Positions 15,178 to 25,256 of a stretch of DNA of 64,000 nt are shown piece by piece. This stretch comes from an uncultured virus (IMG/VR IMGVR_UViG_3300035670_000050) (taxonomy: Duplodnaviria; Heunggongvirae; Uroviricota; Caudoviricetes): IMG/VR virus record IMGVR_UViG_3300035670_000050, positions 1 through 64,000 of that record. One strand, written 5' to 3'. Under the pieces are notes generated by a model. The model had not been told where the DNA came from, did not search any database, and saw only the letters and a list, made by a program, of their open reading frames with translations. The translations under genes were made by a program, and so were the position numbers. Numbering within the stretch: position 1 is the first letter of the stretch; every line of letters starts with the position of its first letter.

Positions 15178-17111
15178 AATATTCTATAGTTATACCAACT
15201 TATAATCATTGTGATGATTTATTAAAGCCGTGTGTTGAATCAATTTTGAAGTATTCGACTATTGAAGATATTGAGTTGGTAATATCAGCCAACGGATGCA
15301 CAGATAACACTAAACAATATCTTGAGGAACTCAAAGAACATTTCATTAAAAATAATTTAAAAGATAATTTCAAATATTTTTGGCATGACAGTCCTTTAGG
15401 ATATCCAAAAGCAACAAATGAAGGTATTAAATTAACAACATGTGATAAAGTTGTGTTATTAAACAATGATTGCATATTACTTGATCAATCTAAAGATTTA
15501 TGGTTAAATATTCTGCATGATCCATTTACAAAAAACGTAAATTGTGGTATATCTTGTGTTGTTAAAGAATATTCTAATGTTGTGGTGAGAAACTTTGCTA
15601 TATTTTTCTGTGTGATGATAGACAGAAAAGTTTTCGATAAAATTGGATTACTCAATGAAGAGTATGGGGTTGGTTCTTGTGAAGATATTGAGTTTTGTAT
15701 CTTAGCGGAAGAAAATGGATTTACGATTGATGAATGTATACCAAAACTTCCAACTACTAAAAGCTTTCACACAGGACAATATCCAATATACCATTTAGCT
15801 GAAGGTACAGTCCATGATCAAAGTTTAGTGCAAAATTGGAGTTCCAATTTTTTAAAGAATTCCTTTAGAGTAGCATTGAAACATAATCCATATTGGAAGA
15901 AAAATATTATGCGTGAGAATACTATTGCTGTAATTACTCCTATTTACAATGACATATCTCATATTTTTAGATGTATCAACTCTGTCAAAATACAATCATA
16001 TAAAAATGTGACTCATTACATTTATGATGACAATTCTACCGATAACCTACAAGAAGCTATTTCCTTTTTAGTAGAAAACGATGACACTATCAAGTACTAC
16101 AGAGGGGACCAAAATAAAGGTCAAAGTTATGGAAGAAATTTTTTAATTGAACAAGCTATAAAAGATGGTTGTCAGTACATTGCATTTTTGGATTCTGATG
16201 ATTCTTGGATAGAAAACCACTTAGAAACTAGTTTGATATATTTAAATCAATATGATATAGTTTACACTAAGCCAACTGTCATTGATGAAAAATTTTCCAA
16301 AATGGACATTGTGAATATACCAGTTCCAAAAGAGTTTATTGGTAAACAGTTATTGTATAGGAATTTTATATGGATGTCTTCAGTTGTAGCTAAGAAAGAA
16401 TGTTTTGTCGAAAACAAATTCGATAGTGATCTCGATAGTGTAGAAGATTGGGATATGTGGATTCGTCTATGGAAAAGTAATTATAAATTTGTTGATAAGA
16501 AAATTCAAACTATCTTTTATTTGCATAGAAACACTTCTCAGGCTTCAATTGGTAAGTCTAAAATGCCTTTATTGAAGAATAAACACGAAATGCTAGATTC
16601 ACTCAAATTACATCTAGCATGTGGTCATGATTATACTGAAGGATATATAAACATAGACTTGTATGCACCCGATGATGCAGTTTGTGATGCTAGATTTGAT
16701 GTGCAAAAGTTGCCATATGACGATAACTCTGTAGATGAAATAAAGGCATTTCATATCATTGAGCATTTTCACTTCTTTGAGATTAAAGATGTATTGGAAG
16801 AATGGTTTCGTGTATTGAAGCCAGGTGGAAGATTATGGTTGGAAACTCCAGACTTTTTAGAGACCTGTCGGTCATTTGTTGAAGGTTCTCCAGTAATGAA
16901 TATTGAAGATTGGAGAGTTTTACTATATGGGCACTTTTTTGCACACCCCTGGGTTCCAGGACAAACACACAAATTTCTTTTTACTGAACAACAATTAAGA
17001 ACTAATTTAGGATGGGCAGGTTTTAAAAATATTACTAGAAAAGATCCAGCTTCAAAATATGTTATGCCACATACTGTTCACTTATTTTTAAATGTAGAGG
17101 CTTTTAAATGA
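15174..17111 (+). CDS. tandem GT2-GT2-methyltransferase fusion
   Basis: Two GT2 domains (LLNND; AFLDSDD/EDWDMW) plus LHLACG...RVLKPGG. Confidence 0.85.
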   Translation: MKYSIVIPTYNHCDDLLKPCVESILKYSTIEDIELVISANGCTDNTKQYLEELKEHFIKNNLKDNFKYFWHDSPLGYPKATNEGIKLTTCDKVVLLNNDCILLDQSKDLWLNILHDPFTKNVNCGISCVVKEYSNVVVRNFAIFFCVMIDRKVFDKIGLLNEEYGVGSCEDIEFCILAEENGFTIDECIPKLPTTKSFHTGQYPIYHLAEGTVHDQSLVQNWSSNFLKNSFRVALKHNPYWKKNIMRENTIAVITPIYNDISHIFRCINSVKIQSYKNVTHYIYDDNSTDNLQEAISFLVENDDTIKYYRGDQNKGQSYGRNFLIEQAIKDGCQYIAFLDSDDSWIENHLETSLIYLNQYDIVYTKPTVIDEKFSKMDIVNIPVPKEFIGKQLLYRNFIWMSSVVAKKECFVENKFDSDLDSVEDWDMWIRLWKSNYKFVDKKIQTIFYLHRNTSQASIGKSKMPLLKNKHEMLDSLKLHLACGHDYTEGYINIDLYAPDDAVCDARFDVQKLPYDDNSVDEIKAFHIIEHFHFFEIKDVLEEWFRVLKPGGRLWLETPDFLETCRSFVEGSPVMNIEDWRVLLYGHFFAHPWVPGQTHKFLFTEQQLRTNLGWAGFKNITRKDPASKYVMPHTVHLFLNVEAFK

Positions 17112-18085
17112 GAGTACTTTGTTCCATATCAACTAGAGGAAGGTATGATACTACTTTACCTATGGCAATACAATCTGTAATTGCACAAGAAAAATTACCA
17201 GATCATTTGGTCATTTTTGATGACAATGATGAACCAAAAGATATGCGAGAGATGCAACATTATGCGTATTTGTTTTCTATTTTGGAAGAAAAAAATATTG
17301 GTTGGCAAGTATTGTTTGGTCTTAAAAAAGGCCAACACTTTAATCATCAAATTGCAAATAAAATGGGTTATGATTTAGTTTGGAGGTTGGATGACGATAC
17401 TGTTGCAGAGCCTAATACTTTAAAGAATTTGTATTCTTATATCCAAAATCATGATGATGTTGGTGCTGTTGGTGGTTCAGTTTTAACACCTCCATTTGAA
17501 ACTATACGAATTGCTTGTACAGGAAAAATAGAAGATATTTGGCATGAACCCAACATGCAATGGGATCATGTTAGAGTTGTGAGAGAGGTCGATCATTTAC
17601 ATTGTTCATTTCTGTATCGTGCTGGAATATGTGATTACAATTTGGCATTGTCTAGAGCTGCACACAGAGAAGAGACATTATTCACTTATGCATTTAGGCA
17701 AAAGGGATATAGACTATTGGTTGTACCTGATGCTGTAGTTTGGCATCTAAAGAATCGTCAAGGTGGTATTAGAACTAGTACTCAAGAGATGTTTGCTCAC
17801 GATGAACAAATATTTAACAATATTTTAGGATTAAAAGAATATACACCAGTTGTTTTAGATTGTGGTTTAGGTGATCATATCGTATTCAAACGAGTATTGA
17901 AAGACATTCAGAATCCAATAGTGTTTTCTTGTTATCCAGAAATAATTCCTGGCAAAAGTATTGCTGAGGCAATTCAAAGATTTGGTGATATTAGTTCGTT
18001 TAATGTTTATACTAAAATGGATCAATGGAAATGGAAAGATAGTCTCGAAAATGCATTTAGAAAATTGTATGGAGTAGAAAAATGA
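17108..18085 (+). CDS. GT2 glycosyltransferase
   Basis: RLDDD DxD motif, HREET; C-terminal GLGD motif. Confidence 0.75.
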   Translation: MRVLCSISTRGRYDTTLPMAIQSVIAQEKLPDHLVIFDDNDEPKDMREMQHYAYLFSILEEKNIGWQVLFGLKKGQHFNHQIANKMGYDLVWRLDDDTVAEPNTLKNLYSYIQNHDDVGAVGGSVLTPPFETIRIACTGKIEDIWHEPNMQWDHVRVVREVDHLHCSFLYRAGICDYNLALSRAAHREETLFTYAFRQKGYRLLVVPDAVVWHLKNRQGGIRTSTQEMFAHDEQIFNNILGLKEYTPVVLDCGLGDHIVFKRVLKDIQNPIVFSCYPEIIPGKSIAEAIQRFGDISSFNVYTKMDQWKWKDSLENAFRKLYGVEK

Positions 18086-18555
18086 TTGTGATATCACCTT
18101 ATGCTAAAAAATTAAGAAACGATAAGAATAATCCCAAAAATTATCCTTGGTGGCCTGAACTAATATCTCTAATCAAAGAACCAATTGTTCAAGTTGGTAT
18201 TGAAGGTGAAGAACAATTGGTTGATGATTTTAGAAAAAACTTGACTGTGTTGGAACTGACTGCACTCATTGAAAATTGCAGAACTTGGATATCTGTAGAT
18301 AGTTTTATTCAACATTTAGCTTGGGATATTGGTAAACCAGGTATAGTTCTTTTTGGTCAATCTGACCCAACAATTTTTGGACATCCAGAAAACATAAATC
18401 TATTGAAAGATAGAAAATATCTTCGTGAGCAACAATTTTGGTGGTGGGAACAGTGTGATTATAATGAAGATGCTTTCGTTAAACCAGAAGAAGTGATTAA
18501 GTACCTTGATATAGACAAAAAACACCTTGAAAGTCTTCTTAAAATAGTTGTATAA
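18082..18555 (+). CDS. GT9 (heptosyltransferase-like) C-terminal domain protein
   Basis: KNYPxW...ISVDSFxQHLA...PGIVLFG. Confidence 0.7.
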   Translation: MIVISPYAKKLRNDKNNPKNYPWWPELISLIKEPIVQVGIEGEEQLVDDFRKNLTVLELTALIENCRTWISVDSFIQHLAWDIGKPGIVLFGQSDPTIFGHPENINLLKDRKYLREQQFWWWEQCDYNEDAFVKPEEVIKYLDIDKKHLESLLKIVV

Positions 18556-18565
18556 TACAAACATT

Positions 18566-18642
18566 GCGCCTGTAGCTCAATTGGTCAGAGCAGCGGACTC
18601 ATAATCCGTTGGTTGGGGGTTCAAGTCCCTCCGGGCGCACCA
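18566..18642 (+). tRNA. tRNA-Ile2(CAU) (lysidine type) or tRNA-Met
   Basis: Resembles enterobacterial ileX (GAGCAG..GACTCATAATC..TTGGT..GTTCAAGTCC); own promoter 18527-18556. Confidence 0.8.
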
Positions 18643-18725
18643 TCTTGACTAAATACCTAACTAAATACCTAAGTTTGACTGACTGATTTTTTTGTTCTTA
18701 TGATGAAACAAGAAAGGACAAAAAA

Positions 18726-19250
18726 ATGGATCCGATTACCATTATGGCTGCGGCTACCGCTGCCTTTAATGGAGTTAAAAAGGCAGTAGAACTTGGTAGA
18801 GAAGTATCTGATATCTATAGTCAATTGAGTACCTGGGCAGGACATGTTGGTGACTTCCATAGAACAGTTGCCGAAATGGAAATTAAGAAAAAGAAACCGG
18901 GTATTTTTGATAAGATATCGTTTGCGAAAAGTGACACAGCTGAAGCATTTGATATGTTTGCAGCAAAACAGAAATTGATAGAGATGGAAAAAGAAATCTA
19001 TCATATGTTTCTTTATGGTGAACTCAATCATCTTGGTAGAGATGGTTACGATGAGTTTAGAAGAATGAGAGAAGAGGTTCGCCAGAAAAGGAACAAGATG
19101 TTTATCGATCAGATGAAAGCGAGAAAAGATTTCTTTGAAACTATAAAGTTAGTTGTGATAGTATCTGTGATTGTTCTATCTGGTGCTTTAATTGGGTGGT
19201 TGATGATAGATTATGCTATAACAGCTGCTCAAGCAGTAGGTAACCTTTAA
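18726..19250 (+). CDS. hypothetical membrane protein
   Basis: C-terminal TM helix; two CTAAATA late motifs upstream. Confidence 0.75.
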   Translation: MDPITIMAAATAAFNGVKKAVELGREVSDIYSQLSTWAGHVGDFHRTVAEMEIKKKKPGIFDKISFAKSDTAEAFDMFAAKQKLIEMEKEIYHMFLYGELNHLGRDGYDEFRRMREEVRQKRNKMFIDQMKARKDFFETIKLVVIVSVIVLSGALIGWLMIDYAITAAQAVGNL

Positions 19251-19513
19251 TGTCAAAAGAAGAAATAGATGTTAATGATGATGGTATTGTGAACGAGAAA
19301 GAATTGGAGATATACGAACAACGAGCCAAGAATCGTAGGAGAATGGCTTGGGTTAGTTTGGCCGCAATGATATTTACGGCTGTTGCATTGATGTTCTTTG
19401 TGTCTGATGATAGACTTACAAAGTTGGACGGAGTTTTAGAATTATACTGGATTGCTTTGGGTGGTGTGGTTGGTGCGTATGTTGGTATTAGCGCATGGAC
19501 GAAAAGAGGTTAA
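19250..19513 (+). CDS. 2-TM membrane protein (holin-like)
   Basis: Two TM helices; EF-hand-like DVNDDGIVNEKE. Confidence 0.6.
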   Translation: MSKEEIDVNDDGIVNEKELEIYEQRAKNRRRMAWVSLAAMIFTAVALMFFVSDDRLTKLDGVLELYWIALGGVVGAYVGISAWTKRG

Positions 19514-19535
19514 ACATCACTACAAAGGAACTATC

Positions 19536-19802
19536 ATGGATGAAAAATATTCTATGATGAAGTGGAAGTATATGATGGGTTGGATGTATCTTTCTGTTTG
19601 CTTGTTTGATTTTGTTGTTGCACCAGTTGGTTGGTCAATCATTCAATTTTGGGAAGTACAACCAGAAAATGATGCCTTTAGACAATGGGCACCATTGACA
19701 CTTCAAGGCGCAGGATTCTTTCACATGGCCATGGGTGCAGTTTTAGGTATATCTGCATTTAAAGGCAATGAAGATAAGAAGAATGAGGAAGAACCAAAAT
19801 AA
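19536..19802 (+). CDS. 3TM holin (GTA-type)
   Basis: MGWMYxxVCLFDF...WAPLTLQGAGFFHMAMGAVLG. Confidence 0.7.
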   Translation: MDEKYSMMKWKYMMGWMYLSVCLFDFVVAPVGWSIIQFWEVQPENDAFRQWAPLTLQGAGFFHMAMGAVLGISAFKGNEDKKNEEEPK

Positions 19803-19879
19803 TGTTTTTCGTATTTGACCTGTGGGTATATACCGCTATTCAAATGTGGTATATGCCTTACAGGTTAATCAATCCAGAC

Positions 19880-19933
19880 TGTTGTAAATAAACAACACAC
19901 CTGCTTGACAATTCCCATATAATCATATATAAT
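19880..19933 (+). promoter_or_regulatory. early promoter cassette
   Basis: TGTTG-N8-CAACA; TTGACA-17-TATAAT. Confidence 0.85.
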
Positions 19934-19964
19934 GTAAGTTAATTGATAATAATGGAGATTTATA

Positions 19965-21038
19965 ATGGCTCGTATTCTTGATGCGAACGAAAAATTTGTC
20001 GGTAGTGAACCTAAGGTTGCAAAAGAAATTTCCAATTCTGAATTGGGCAGCATGTTGTCATGGTATTCTCAAAACAAATCCAAAAAAGACGCAACAAAAT
20101 ATGCCGTCGATTATTTCAAGAAAAAATTTAAACTTAGTGCCGAATCTGTAGTCAAAGCCAAAACATCTACATTTGGTTTTATTTGTCGTATTGTAACCAA
20201 TGGTTCTATTCTTTCAGAAAAAGACAAAGAATGGTTTGATGCTGAAATTGAAACTATCAAAACAGAATTGGCAGAAAAGAAAGAGGAAACTGTTGTTGTA
20301 AAAACAGGACCTAATATTCAAGATCGTATTCGTGAAAAAGCAAACGCTTGTATTGGTGAACTAGAAGGTCAAATTGATGAACTGATTGACACCTCATTCA
20401 AAGCCAATGTTTCACCTTATTCTGTCATGCACACTCTTGAGGTAAAAGGTGTACATGTAAAACAAATTCTTGATTGGGTGAAACTGAAACGAGCAGAGTT
20501 TGATTATGTGTTGAATACTGATGAAGAAGACCTAAAAGAAGGTTATTCCAATTTCAAGAAAACAGAACTTAAGAAAATTGTAGCATATTGTGATCAAGTA
20601 ATTATTGATGCTGGCAAATTTGCCGAGATTGCAACACAGTCTCGTAAACCTCGCAAGAAGAAACAAAAGTCACCAGAACAATTAGTTGCCAAAGTAAAAT
20701 ATTGCCGAGAGTTTAAAGAACTCGGCTTGACTTCTGTTGACATTAAGAGTATAATTGGTGTTAGTCAGTTATGGGTATACAATACCAAGTTGCGTAAACT
20801 CGGTATGTATCAGGCTTCTGATGCTGGTGGTCTAAGTGTCAAAGGATCGTCAATTGTGAATTTTAGTGAAGAAAAGTCTATACAGAAAAAGTTGCGTAAG
20901 CCTGAAGTGACTTTGCCAGAAGTATTGTCTGGTGGTAAAGTCTACTTGCGTAATGCATTGAGTAATATTCGTGCCGTAGAATCGGCTTTGAGTGGTCGTT
21001 TAAATGATGATACAATCCTTTTAAGGGTAGTGAAGTGA
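19965..21038 (+). CDS. conserved phage hypothetical protein
   Basis: 357-aa ORF with GGAG RBS. Confidence 0.8.
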   Translation: MARILDANEKFVGSEPKVAKEISNSELGSMLSWYSQNKSKKDATKYAVDYFKKKFKLSAESVVKAKTSTFGFICRIVTNGSILSEKDKEWFDAEIETIKTELAEKKEETVVVKTGPNIQDRIREKANACIGELEGQIDELIDTSFKANVSPYSVMHTLEVKGVHVKQILDWVKLKRAEFDYVLNTDEEDLKEGYSNFKKTELKKIVAYCDQVIIDAGKFAEIATQSRKPRKKKQKSPEQLVAKVKYCREFKELGLTSVDIKSIIGVSQLWVYNTKLRKLGMYQASDAGGLSVKGSSIVNFSEEKSIQKKLRKPEVTLPEVLSGGKVYLRNALSNIRAVESALSGRLNDDTILLRVVK

Positions 21039-21535
21039 AGATCAATAAAATATACTTAGATATGGATGGAGTCCTTGCAGACTTCGACAAACGGTACAAA
21101 GAATTGTTTGGTACAGGTGCTGCTGGTGAAGATCGTGATCGTAAAAACTTTTCAAAGAATTGGAAAGAGTTTATTCGTACTGAACAGTTTGCCACACTCG
21201 ATAGGTTTCCTGGTTTTTCAGAACTGATCGATTATGTTGGCATGTTACCTGTTCGTATTGAAATTCTATCGTCAACAGGCGGTATTCCATTCCATAGTGA
21301 GGTAAGTCAACAAAAGCGTTTGTGGTTATATAATCAAGGAATTGAAGTACCTGAAAATTTTGTTCCAGGCCGCAAAGTGAAGAAATACTATGCATTTCCT
21401 GGCAACTTACTGATTGACGATACCCCAGATGTTGTTGATGCGTTCAATGAAGCTGGTGGAATTGCGATACTGCACAAAGATGTGAATGAAACTATTTCTA
21501 AACTAAAAGAGATAATGAATGAAAACAATGACTAG
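21035..21535 (+). CDS. HAD 5'(3')-deoxyribonucleotidase
   Basis: YLDMDGVLADF and LIDD motifs. Confidence 0.85.
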   Translation: MKINKIYLDMDGVLADFDKRYKELFGTGAAGEDRDRKNFSKNWKEFIRTEQFATLDRFPGFSELIDYVGMLPVRIEILSSTGGIPFHSEVSQQKRLWLYNQGIEVPENFVPGRKVKKYYAFPGNLLIDDTPDVVDAFNEAGGIAILHKDVNETISKLKEIMNENND

Positions 21536-21737
21536 AACTGTAAGAGTGTGTGACCCTCCTGCTGGTTGGAAGTATGGGTTTCCAAAACCAATGCCAAAAG
21601 ATAATCTTTCATATCAAGAGTTTAACGATTGGCTTGTTGCAGAAGGTTATCCGCAAAAAGAAATAGATAGTTATGGAGACCATTTCTATTGCAGATATTG
21701 GGAAGAAGAAGTTGATCTTCCTCCACATACAGACTAA
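21519..21737 (+). CDS. hypothetical protein
   Basis: DPPxGWKYGFPK motif; operonic position. Confidence 0.7.
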   Translation: MKTMTRTVRVCDPPAGWKYGFPKPMPKDNLSYQEFNDWLVAEGYPQKEIDSYGDHFYCRYWEEEVDLPPHTD

Positions 21738-21749
21738 TGAAAGTATAAA

Positions 21750-22595
21750 ATGATTATTTTTGATTATCAACAAATAGCAATTTCAAATCTTATGGAACAG
21801 ATTGGTTCATCTAAGACTTCTGTAGATGAAAACCTAGTTCGTCATATGATATTGAATACTATTCGTACCTATGTGAAGAAGTTTAAATCGTCTCATGGCC
21901 CAGAAGTTGTAATTGCCTGTGATAACAAGCATTATTGGCGTCGAGAGATTTATCCTCATTACAAAGCAGGTCGTAAGAAGGCCAGAGATGCTTCTGGGCA
22001 TGACTGGTCTTCTATCTTTGAATCATTGAATAAAATTCGTGAAGAGTTGAAAGAGTATTCGCCATACAAAGTAATTGATGTTGAAGGTGCAGAAGCCGAT
22101 GATATCATTGGTACTCTTGCACAAAAGTTTTCTTCTGAAAAGGTTATGATTCTTTCCTCTGATAAAGACTTTGCACAATTGCAGAAGTTTGCAAATGTAG
22201 AACAGTATTCGCCAATTCTTAAAAAGTTTATAAAAGAACCATTTCCTTCTGTTCAGTTGAAACAGATGGTAATTCGTGGTGACAAAGGTGATGGTATTCC
22301 CAACATTCTTTCGAGTGATGATGTATTCGTTTCAGGCGGCCGCCAAAAACCAATTACTGAAGCCAAGATCATCAAGTGGTTGAATCAAGAACCAAAAGAC
22401 TTCTGTAACGATGAAATGATGCGAAATTATGTTCGTAATGAAACTCTAATTGATCTGACTAAGATTCCAAATACAATCAGAGAAACCATTTTGAATAAAT
22501 ACGAAAGTACAGAGTCTAAGACAAAACAAGACTTTATGAACTATATGATTGCCAACCGGCTCAAAAACTTAATTGAAGTACTGGATGATTTCTAA
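21750..22595 (+). CDS. rnh: T4-type RNase H (5'-3' exonuclease)
   Basis: WRRxIYPxYK, EADDIIG, SSDKDF, GDKGDGIPN. Confidence 0.92.
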   Translation: MIIFDYQQIAISNLMEQIGSSKTSVDENLVRHMILNTIRTYVKKFKSSHGPEVVIACDNKHYWRREIYPHYKAGRKKARDASGHDWSSIFESLNKIREELKEYSPYKVIDVEGAEADDIIGTLAQKFSSEKVMILSSDKDFAQLQKFANVEQYSPILKKFIKEPFPSVQLKQMVIRGDKGDGIPNILSSDDVFVSGGRQKPITEAKIIKWLNQEPKDFCNDEMMRNYVRNETLIDLTKIPNTIRETILNKYESTESKTKQDFMNYMIANRLKNLIEVLDDF

Positions 22596-23017
22596 TGATT
22601 AAAGAAAAGTTGATGACTGAAATTCTTGATGAGTTTCAACAAGCACAAAACAAGCAAGAACGAATTGCAGTTTTGAAAAAATATGATCATGTAAACTTTC
22701 GTGAATTTCTATGGTATGCATTAGAACCATCTGTTGAATTTGATGTTGAAGTGCCAAGTTACAGGCCTGCTGTTGAACCAGCAGGACTGAACTTTTCATA
22801 TCTAAGTATCGAAGTGAAAAAAATGTATCGTTTTATTAAAGATCATAAGTTAAGGCCAGCAGGTCTTACTCCACAAAAACAGAAACAATTACTTGTAGTT
22901 GTCTTGGAATCTCTTCATAAAGACGAAGCTGAACTACTAGTAAAAGTTTTGCAGAAAAAATTCAAAATTCCTAACCTAACAATTAAGCTCGTACAAGAAG
23001 CATATCCTGGAATGTAA
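22595..23017 (+). CDS. conserved T4-like hypothetical protein
   Basis: LESLHxDEAELL motif; follows rnh. Confidence 0.75.
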   Translation: MIKEKLMTEILDEFQQAQNKQERIAVLKKYDHVNFREFLWYALEPSVEFDVEVPSYRPAVEPAGLNFSYLSIEVKKMYRFIKDHKLRPAGLTPQKQKQLLVVVLESLHKDEAELLVKVLQKKFKIPNLTIKLVQEAYPGM

Positions 23018-23020
23018 AAA

Positions 23021-23779
23021 ATGAAAGTTGCTGTAGTGACGCCTACAATAGGCACCAAATATTTGAAACAAAATTTAGATTCTGTATCTAAACAGACATA
23101 TAAAAATATTAAGAGTGTTATAGTTTGTGATGGCCCAGAATACGAAACTAAAGTTCGTGATATCATAAAAGATTTTAATGTCACACCTATGTTTTTACCT
23201 GAAAATACTGGCGCAGGTAATTACAATGGTCACAGAATATATGCCACCATTCCTTACTTGATTGATGCTGATTATTTTATTTTTTTAGATGAAGATAATT
23301 GGCTAGATGAAGAACATGTTGAATCTTTAGTTAAGACGGTAGAGGGCAATGATTGGGCATTTACTTTTAGGAAAATTGTAGATGGTGATGGTAAATATAT
23401 TTGCAATGATGATTGTGAGAGCCTAGGACTTTGGCCTTCTTGTTTGAGTGATCAAGAATATTTTGTAGATGTTAATTGTTACTTTTTACCTAAAATGATG
23501 GCAGTACATACTTCTCCAATTTGGTATAGAAGAACACGATTGGATCAACCAGAAGTTGATAGACTTTTGATTAGTGTTTTGCGCCAAAACAAAACTAGAT
23601 ATAAATCCACAAAACAATACACATTGAATTATAGAGTTGGAAATAGAAGTGATTCTGTTAAGGCTGATTTCTTCATTAATGGGAATAAATTTATGGAACA
23701 GAAATATAAAGGGCAATTGCCGTGGAAAACTGAAGATAATGGACTTGTTTTAACTTTAAATACTAATGATAACCTGTAA
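23021..23779 (+). CDS. GT2 glycosyltransferase
   Basis: VVTPT, VCDG, FLDEDN. Confidence 0.8.
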   Translation: MKVAVVTPTIGTKYLKQNLDSVSKQTYKNIKSVIVCDGPEYETKVRDIIKDFNVTPMFLPENTGAGNYNGHRIYATIPYLIDADYFIFLDEDNWLDEEHVESLVKTVEGNDWAFTFRKIVDGDGKYICNDDCESLGLWPSCLSDQEYFVDVNCYFLPKMMAVHTSPIWYRRTRLDQPEVDRLLISVLRQNKTRYKSTKQYTLNYRVGNRSDSVKADFFINGNKFMEQKYKGQLPWKTEDNGLVLTLNTNDNL

Positions 23780-24354
23780 TGGTAAAGAAAATGACCGAAA
23801 AACTTGAGAATGTAATTGCTATGAATGAGGGCATAGATTCTGTTATGCTCAATAATCGTATTCATTTTTTAACTGGAGATATTAACGAAGAAAACACATT
23901 GGCTGCAATTCGTTGGATCATCTATGAGAACTTGAAAGATGACCAAGGTGAGTTGACGATGTATATCAATTCTGATGGCGGCAATTTGCAAGATGCATTT
24001 GCTCTGATTGAAGTGATGAAGAAATCTCGCAAAGTGATTCGCACTATTGCTATTGGTTCTGTATGTTCATCTGCATTTATGGTGTTCACAGCTGGCACCA
24101 AAGGACATCGGTTCGTTTCTGAGACAGCAAGCATTATGTGCCATCAATTTAGTTATACTAACAATGGTAAGTACCATGATATGCGGTCTACAATGAAAGA
24201 GACTGAACTTATCAATGATAGAATGGTGACACTACTCAAAGAATTTACGGGTCTAGAATCTCGTACAATCAAAACCAAATTTCTCCCGCCAAGTGATGTT
24301 TGGTTTACGGCTGAAGAAGCAATCGAACTTGGCATTGCCGATCAAATCTTTTAA
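23779..24354 (+). CDS. clpP: ClpP-family protease subunit
   Basis: YINSDGG, catalytic Ser (VCSSAF), His (MCHQ), DVWFTAEEAIELGIAD. Confidence 0.9.
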   Translation: MVKKMTEKLENVIAMNEGIDSVMLNNRIHFLTGDINEENTLAAIRWIIYENLKDDQGELTMYINSDGGNLQDAFALIEVMKKSRKVIRTIAIGSVCSSAFMVFTAGTKGHRFVSETASIMCHQFSYTNNGKYHDMRSTMKETELINDRMVTLLKEFTGLESRTIKTKFLPPSDVWFTAEEAIELGIADQIF

Positions 24355-24373
24355 AGGAGGTTAGTTTTCTAAC

Positions 24374-24526
24374 ATGATTTCAGGCGGTCAAAAAATTCAA
24401 AAGACTCACAAAACAAAATTCCGTAAAAACAAAGACAAAGAGTCTATTAAGTTTGAAAAAAAGAAACATCACGACAAATCATTTTATCGCTTAGCGAGAG
24501 AAGAGAAAACCGAGTATGTCACATAA
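24374..24526 (+). CDS. small basic hypothetical protein
   Basis: 50-aa Lys-rich ORF; AAGGAGG upstream. Confidence 0.55.
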   Translation: MISGGQKIQKTHKTKFRKNKDKESIKFEKKKHHDKSFYRLAREEKTEYVT

Positions 24527-24683
24527 AGATGAATTGAAAAGACAGATTCGTGAACTTGAGGAAAAGATTGCAAGAGATGAGGGTGCGAAATTGCAATTAC
24601 AAACCGAACTCAATCGGCTCAAGGTTGCTGAATTTGAAGAAGACCTTAGAGAATCAGACAATAGGCAACTATTGAAAGGTTAA
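24516..24683 (+). CDS. small coiled-coil protein
   Basis: 55-aa ORF MSHKDELKRQ... Confidence 0.6.
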   Translation: MSHKDELKRQIRELEEKIARDEGAKLQLQTELNRLKVAEFEEDLRESDNRQLLKG

Positions 24684-24720
24684 TGTTGCTTTAACACTAC
24701 TAAAGCAACATTAATGTTGC

Positions 24721-24773
24721 TGTTGTTTTAATACAACATTGCCTATTGACAATTCCATAGGTTCTGTTATAAT
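24721..24773 (+). promoter_or_regulatory. early promoter cassette
   Basis: TGTTG-N8-CAACA; TTGACA-16-TATAAT; hairpin at 24682-24712 upstream. Confidence 0.8.
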
Positions 24774-24782
24774 ACAAGAACT

Positions 24783-25202
24783 ATGGAAATTCTTAAAGAA
24801 ATCACACAATGGGATGTCGATTATCGGCAACCTAATCACACCTACTTGGTCAATAAAAAAGGCCAAGTTATCGCATACGCCAAATGGCACTCAAATGAGA
24901 TTCAGATATTCAAATCTCGCCAAACTCTAGATAAACGATACCGTAAATTCGTGGTAGATAATCACAAAGGATTATCTAAATTAATACCGCAATTTATTTC
25001 TGAAGATGATTATCAAAAGAAAAAAACGGTAATAACCAAATCTAAAAATATCCGCCAGTTTAAAGTAACATCAAAAGGCAAAAATTATATTGTAGAATTT
25101 AATATAATAGGTAAATATATTACTTGCCCATGTATCGGTTTCGGTTATCGCCGCAAATGCAAGCACTCAGACGCTGTTGCAAAAAAACTACAGTCTGCTT
25201 GA
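24783..25202 (+). CDS. SWIM zinc-finger protein
   Basis: CPC...FGYRRKCKH. Confidence 0.75.
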   Translation: MEILKEITQWDVDYRQPNHTYLVNKKGQVIAYAKWHSNEIQIFKSRQTLDKRYRKFVVDNHKGLSKLIPQFISEDDYQKKKTVITKSKNIRQFKVTSKGKNYIVEFNIIGKYITCPCIGFGYRRKCKHSDAVAKKLQSA

Positions 25203-25227
25203 CAATTCGGCAATATACTGATATAAT
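25175..25227 (+). promoter_or_regulatory. early promoter cassette
   Basis: TGTTG-N8-CTACA; TTGACA-17-TATAAT. Confidence 0.8.
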
Positions 25228-25256
25228 GTTTACATAATGATTGATAAGGAAATCAA

